Positions 35,317 to 38,988 of a stretch of 38,988 bases of DNA are shown piece by piece. Below the pieces are notes generated by a model. That model was not told the origin of the DNA, searched no databases, and worked only from the letters and a program-made list of their open reading frames with translations. Numbering within the stretch: position 1 is the stretch's first letter; each line of letters begins with the position of its first letter. The position numbers were made by a program, and so were the translations under genes. This stretch comes from a virus (lineage: Duplodnaviria > Caudoviricetes), in the IMG/VR virus record IMGVR_UViG_3300025896_000067, positions 1-38,988 of that record, one strand, 5' to 3'.

Positions 35317-36860
35317 TGCTGTTGCTGGCCTCCCTGTTGGGCAGTGAGTAGGGCGAGGATGGCTGCGGTCGTGGGGTCTGGAGCGTTTGAATATTTTTTA
35401 AGAACGTCTATCAATTCATCTTTGAAAATTACGTAGTTGTGGGTAAGTTGATCTCCAGATCCTTTTGCCTTTTTGTTTTGCTTCCTTGACCACTGGTCAA
35501 GAAACTTAACGCCGTCAACCCCATGTTCGGCTAATAACTGCGTAGCTTCTTTTTTTCCTTCGGCTGGACTTCTTCCAAAATCAGACTTGATTCTTTGCCA
35601 CCATGTTTTCTGGTGGTCACCTCTTGCCAGAGCTGCCGCTATTGCATAGAGTTGGCTGGGCTCTGCTTCATCAAAAGATGAGGTGCGATGTTTCTCAAAA
35701 GCTCCCCAGTCTTTGTCCCAAACTGCCGCTCTAAGTGCTTCACGAACTTCGGGTGATTGCTGCCCAACAGGCTTGTCCCATTGCAGCATTTTGCTGTCAT
35801 CAGTGCTTATGTTGACCTCGTACATTCGGCCTTTGCCGTCCTTGCTAAGCCTGTCTCTGTAGTATTTTGCGGTTGGTTCTGCGTCAGCAAAATAATGCCC
35901 ATACCCAGCAAGGGTTCCCCCTTCTCCCGTGCCGATCTTGCTCAGGTCAAAGCGGTCGAAGTCATGCGGAGACCCGTGGTAGGCCTTGATTCCCGTCGGC
36001 CTTTCCTGCGCTGTGAGTGCTGCTGCCGCAGCGGCGGTGGTCGGGTCGTCGGCATTAGAGAACAGCGTTTCCCCCGTGATGGGTGACTTGACGCTTCCTT
36101 TCTTGAACGTGACGACCGTATCCCCAATTCGCCCAGGAGGCGCTGGAAGCTCTGGACTATCCATTACGCCTTGGGCAATCATTCCATCGTGACCGCGTTC
36201 CCGCGCAATCTTTGAAAGCTGACGAATGTCGTATGTCCCGCCCTCAAACGGGATGGCGTCGTATTCGGTACCCCGAGGGGGTTGCACACGAAGCGGGTTT
36301 GATAGCGTCGTGTCCATCGGAACCACGGCGCCTTGAACATTGCCGTACTTCGACGCGTAGTCTCCGGCTACGGTCGGATTGGTCGACGACCACACCTCGT
36401 CAGAGTTGCGCATCACGTCGAAGTTGGGGTTCGGGTCACGGCGCCCGTGATAAGTGCGCAATGGGAATTCTGCTGCCTTCGGTGCAGATCGTCCAATCGC
36501 CGCCCCTGCCGCCGGGAGCGCTCCCGCCACGTCGAAGGATGCTTCACTCGCCGCCCTGATCGCGTCCCGGTCTCCGCTGCGGACAATGTCGGAGAGAGGG
36601 GCGGTCATTAGGGATTGCAGACTTTCCGCCGGCTGCTGGATGACGCCGGGGACGGCGAGCTCGGGCTTGCCCTGCGCGTTGATCTGGCTCGGCACCCACG
36701 TCCCGCGCTGGCCGGGCTGAGCTTCTCCGAACGCGCCTTGCTTCAGCATGTCCGTGAGACGCTGGAGAAACGGGCGCTGGTCTTCTTCCTGTACCGGGAT
36801 GACGTCGAGGTCGCCGGCTCGATTGCGTTCGGCCAGGGCGCGGACGATGGCGTCGCTCAT
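35313..36860 (-). CDS. Polyvalent protein with two tandem ADP-ribosyltransferase-like (ART-PolyVal) domains
   Basis: Domain 1: TYHG...WSSTNPTVAGDYA...ARERGHDGMI...VVTF. Domain 2: AYHGSPHDFDRFDLSKIGTGEG...GYGHYFAD...MYEVNI...GVDGVKFLD...NYVIF. Each is followed by SNAxDPTTAAxxAxLTAQ. Confidence 0.8.
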   Translation of the reverse strand: MSDAIVRALAERNRAGDLDVIPVQEEDQRPFLQRLTDMLKQGAFGEAQPGQRGTWVPSQINAQGKPELAVPGVIQQPAESLQSLMTAPLSDIVRSGDRDAIRAASEASFDVAGALPAAGAAIGRSAPKAAEFPLRTYHGRRDPNPNFDVMRNSDEVWSSTNPTVAGDYASKYGNVQGAVVPMDTTLSNPLRVQPPRGTEYDAIPFEGGTYDIRQLSKIARERGHDGMIAQGVMDSPELPAPPGRIGDTVVTFKKGSVKSPITGETLFSNADDPTTAAAAAALTAQERPTGIKAYHGSPHDFDRFDLSKIGTGEGGTLAGYGHYFADAEPTAKYYRDRLSKDGKGRMYEVNISTDDSKMLQWDKPVGQQSPEVREALRAAVWDKDWGAFEKHRTSSFDEAEPSQLYAIAAALARGDHQKTWWQRIKSDFGRSPAEGKKEATQLLAEHGVDGVKFLDQWSRKQNKKAKGSGDQLTHNYVIFKDELIDVLKKYSNAPDPTTAAILALLTAQQGGQQQQ

Positions 36861-37033
36861 GACACCACGCTCCGCAGCCGTTCCAACGTGCTTTGCACGG
36901 AAATCACCTCTTTTTTTAACCGTTCGATGTCGTCGGCCTGACGTTTGACAAGCTCGAGCAATTCGCGAGGGATGGCTTCTGTTCGCACCTCGCGATCGTG
37001 CCGCAACGTCGGGAGCCGATGGGGATGCCTCAC
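36857..37033 (-). CDS. Small coiled-coil protein
   Basis: ELLELVKRQADDIERLKKEVISVQSTLERLRS; GTGA/ATGA coupling to both neighbours. Confidence 0.55.
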   Translation of the reverse strand: MRHPHRLPTLRHDREVRTEAIPRELLELVKRQADDIERLKKEVISVQSTLERLRSVVS

Positions 37034-37530
37034 AGCCCCTCCCAACTTACAGCCGCAAAAGCTGTTTCGGCGCCGGCGACCGTTGTGGCCGCGTTAACAG
37101 CCGCCTTGCCGCTCAAGCGCCGTGCCTCGATCTGCGCTGCTATGGCCGCCCATTGGCTCTCTCGCGCGAGCACGAGCGTTGCGCAGTCCGCCAACGTCCC
37201 TGCCTCAATGCCAACGCTGGCCGATAGCACAGGGCACAGCGCGGGGTTGGCATTGGCGCCTTGGGTGTCGACGTACTCGGCCTCGCGCCGCTTGCGCTCG
37301 TAAAGCAGGTCCTGACCTGGCTGTGTGGTGATGTACTTGGCGCGGATGGAGCCGGCCTTGGCCTCGATCTCCGCGAGCAGGCGCGCCTTGGTGATGGCGA
37401 GCGCGGCGGCCTGATCTGTGGTGATGCCGCCCGCGCCGTCGCTGATCCATGCCTCGCGCACGTTGCGCGGCGGAAGCGGCTTGTCCTCGGCGATCTCGAG
37501 GATTTGCCCGCCGATTTCAATCGTTCTCAT
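37030..37530 (-). CDS. Tail fibre assembly chaperone-like protein
   Basis: Start MRTIEIGG (ATGA overlap); RAKYITTQPGQDLLYERKRREA...IEARRLSGKAAVNAA...VSW; downstream of the fibre. Confidence 0.7.
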   Translation of the reverse strand: MRTIEIGGQILEIAEDKPLPPRNVREAWISDGAGGITTDQAAALAITKARLLAEIEAKAGSIRAKYITTQPGQDLLYERKRREAEYVDTQGANANPALCPVLSASVGIEAGTLADCATLVLARESQWAAIAAQIEARRLSGKAAVNAATTVAGAETAFAAVSWEGL

Positions 37531-38021
37531 GCGGCCAAGGTCTCCAGGCGCCACGCGTTGCGCGTGGCGCGGTTGGTCGGTGTCTGCGAACGCAGCACAA
37601 AGCGATACATCGGCCGATTGTGCGGAACCGCCCACACGCGGGCCGGCACGTCCTTGCGCAAAAGGTAATCCATGGCCTCGCGCTCGGTCATCGGGCCGAC
37701 CGGATCGGCCGTGTGCAGGCGATGATGCGGCAACACTTCCTCGCGCACCACGGCGCCACTGCGTCTGTACTCCTGCGCTTCGATCTCGATCGCGTCCACC
37801 TTACGCCCATCATGAAGCGTCAGGCGCAGGGGCAGATGGTGATACGCCTCGAGCGGCGGCAGCAACCAGCCATGCATCGCCATGGCGAGCCATTGCGGGC
37901 TCGGCGTGGTGATGGCCACCGGAGCGTCTGGGTTGGCCGGGTCCTCCCACGCGATGCAATAGGACGGTTGCACGGGCGGGAGCTGTCGCGCCCAGTCCAT
38001 GCGCTGCCACATCGTCATCAT
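37527..38021 (-). CDS. Tail-fibre-associated protein
   Basis: Start (M)MTMWQRMDWA overlaps the fibre stop; PSPQWLAMAMHG, GPMTEREAMDYLLRKDVP, RNAWRL motifs. Confidence 0.7.
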   Translation of the reverse strand: MMTMWQRMDWARQLPPVQPSYCIAWEDPANPDAPVAITTPSPQWLAMAMHGWLLPPLEAYHHLPLRLTLHDGRKVDAIEIEAQEYRRSGAVVREEVLPHHRLHTADPVGPMTEREAMDYLLRKDVPARVWAVPHNRPMYRFVLRSQTPTNRATRNAWRLETLAA

Positions 38022-38986
38022 GCCGAGTCCCCGAACACGGCGAAGTCGACGTGGGCGGCGTCTCGCGCAGTGCCACTCCCCGTGAGAGACGTAATATAAA
38101 AGCATCCCATGCGGAGGTAGGTCGTCGCCTTGCGGCCCGCCGCGCCCGAGTACCAAGGAAACAAAAAGCCTGATCCGCCCGCCGTCGCCCACGCTTGGTT
38201 GGAGAACGTCGCGTTGGCTAGGGCGGTTGTGAACGTCGTTGTGTAGTCGCCGGTGCCGTGGTCGGTCATGGAAGACACGTTGTAGCCGTCGGTCGACGCA
38301 ACCGTTCCGGTGTCCGCAGCAGTGTTCCACATCTTTGCAACGGCCTGGTGCGCTTTGGCGTTGCTCGGCGTCAGCGCGAGCGTCGTGCTCGATCCCGTAT
38401 TGACCTCGGCATTCGTCGCAATCTCGATGATGCCTGCCGCCGTATCGCTGGCCGCTGCGCCGATCGTGTAGGTGTTGATCGTGCCGACGCCGGTCAGGTT
38501 GGCGCTGTCGTCGATCGTTATGCCGGACGCCTGAACGCCCTTGCCGGTGCCGTCTGACCGAATGATGCGGTTATCGGTGCCGAACGAGGACGCCGCCGTC
38601 ACGTCGCCCGTACCGGACACCGTCGCCCATGCGGGATTGGCCGCCGCGCCTCCGGTCTGGAGCACCTGCCCCGACGTGCCGGGACCGAGCGCCACCCACT
38701 GCGAGCCGTCGCGATAGAGCACCGCGCCTTGCGTCGAGCTGATGCCCTCGGCCAGCGCTCGGAACCCCGCCGCCGCGGTGCTGGCGCCCGTGCCGCCGTC
38801 AGCAATTGCAACGTCCGTCCCGCTGGGGGCGTAATAGTCGGTGCCTGCGCTCGCCGCGCTCAGCACGCCCGATGCTGCCTTGAGCAGTCCGGTCGTGCTC
38901 GCCCGCTTGATGGTCTTGCCGCCGGTCCCGTCGAATAGGGCAATCTCGCCATCGACCGATGATGCTGCGCCGACCACATCACCATA
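38018..38986 (-). CDS. Tail fibre protein, C-terminal part (enters from the window edge)
   Basis: Open from the edge (YGDVVGAASSVDGEIALFDGTGG); repeats homologous to 1..600; tip domain GYNVSSMTDHGTGDYTTTFTTALANA...FAVFGD. Confidence 0.85.
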   Translation of the reverse strand, partial: YGDVVGAASSVDGEIALFDGTGGKTIKRASTTGLLKAASGVLSAASAGTDYYAPSGTDVAIADGGTGASTAAAGFRALAEGISSTQGAVLYRDGSQWVALGPGTSGQVLQTGGAAANPAWATVSGTGDVTAASSFGTDNRIIRSDGTGKGVQASGITIDDSANLTGVGTINTYTIGAAASDTAAGIIEIATNAEVNTGSSTTLALTPSNAKAHQAVAKMWNTAADTGTVASTDGYNVSSMTDHGTGDYTTTFTTALANATFSNQAWATAGGSGFLFPWYSGAAGRKATTYLRMGCFYITSLTGSGTARDAAHVDFAVFGDSA

Positions 38987-38988
38987 GT

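Noticed and set aside
1-38988. True direct terminal repeat proving a complete genome
   Set aside because: The match is 39/40 nt, stops 4 nt short of the end, has divergent flanks and lies in a coding repeat; better explained as an assembly break.

Overview
This window is a near-complete (~39 kb, GC-rich) genome of a short-tailed, P22-like podovirus, probably infecting an alphaproteobacterium (host is inferred). It is opened inside a repetitive tail-fibre gene: 1..40 matches 38945..38984 at 39/40 nt, in the same frame. The minus strand carries the late module (terS, terL, portal, scaffold, major capsid, decoration, adaptor, nozzle, GNAT, three ejection proteins, two tail fibres, chaperones, a tandem ADP-ribosyltransferase-like polyvalent protein, endolysin and spanins). 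It also carries the replication arm (Cro-like HTH, initiator, primase/helicase, a C5 methyltransferase with a nested out-of-frame second subunit, and a late regulator). The plus strand carries ERF, a NinB-like gene, HNH, xis and an integrase. The temperate machinery looks eroded: no CI lies between the divergent operator-bearing promoters, the integrase middle is replaced by a foreign ~264 bp piece, and an IS1595 element has lost its DDE domain. The main oddities are: (1) an exact 83-bp copy of the phage's own ejection-protein gene inserted antisense and in frame into a repeat-flanked YubB-like cassette next to a catalytically dead resolvase; (2) a two-module ART protein with repeated linkers and a low-GC swapped module; (3) an attP made of a promoter plus the 5' half of tRNA-Lys(UUU); (4) a very Tyr-rich ejection protein. 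All family calls come from motif recognition and synteny; no database searches were run.
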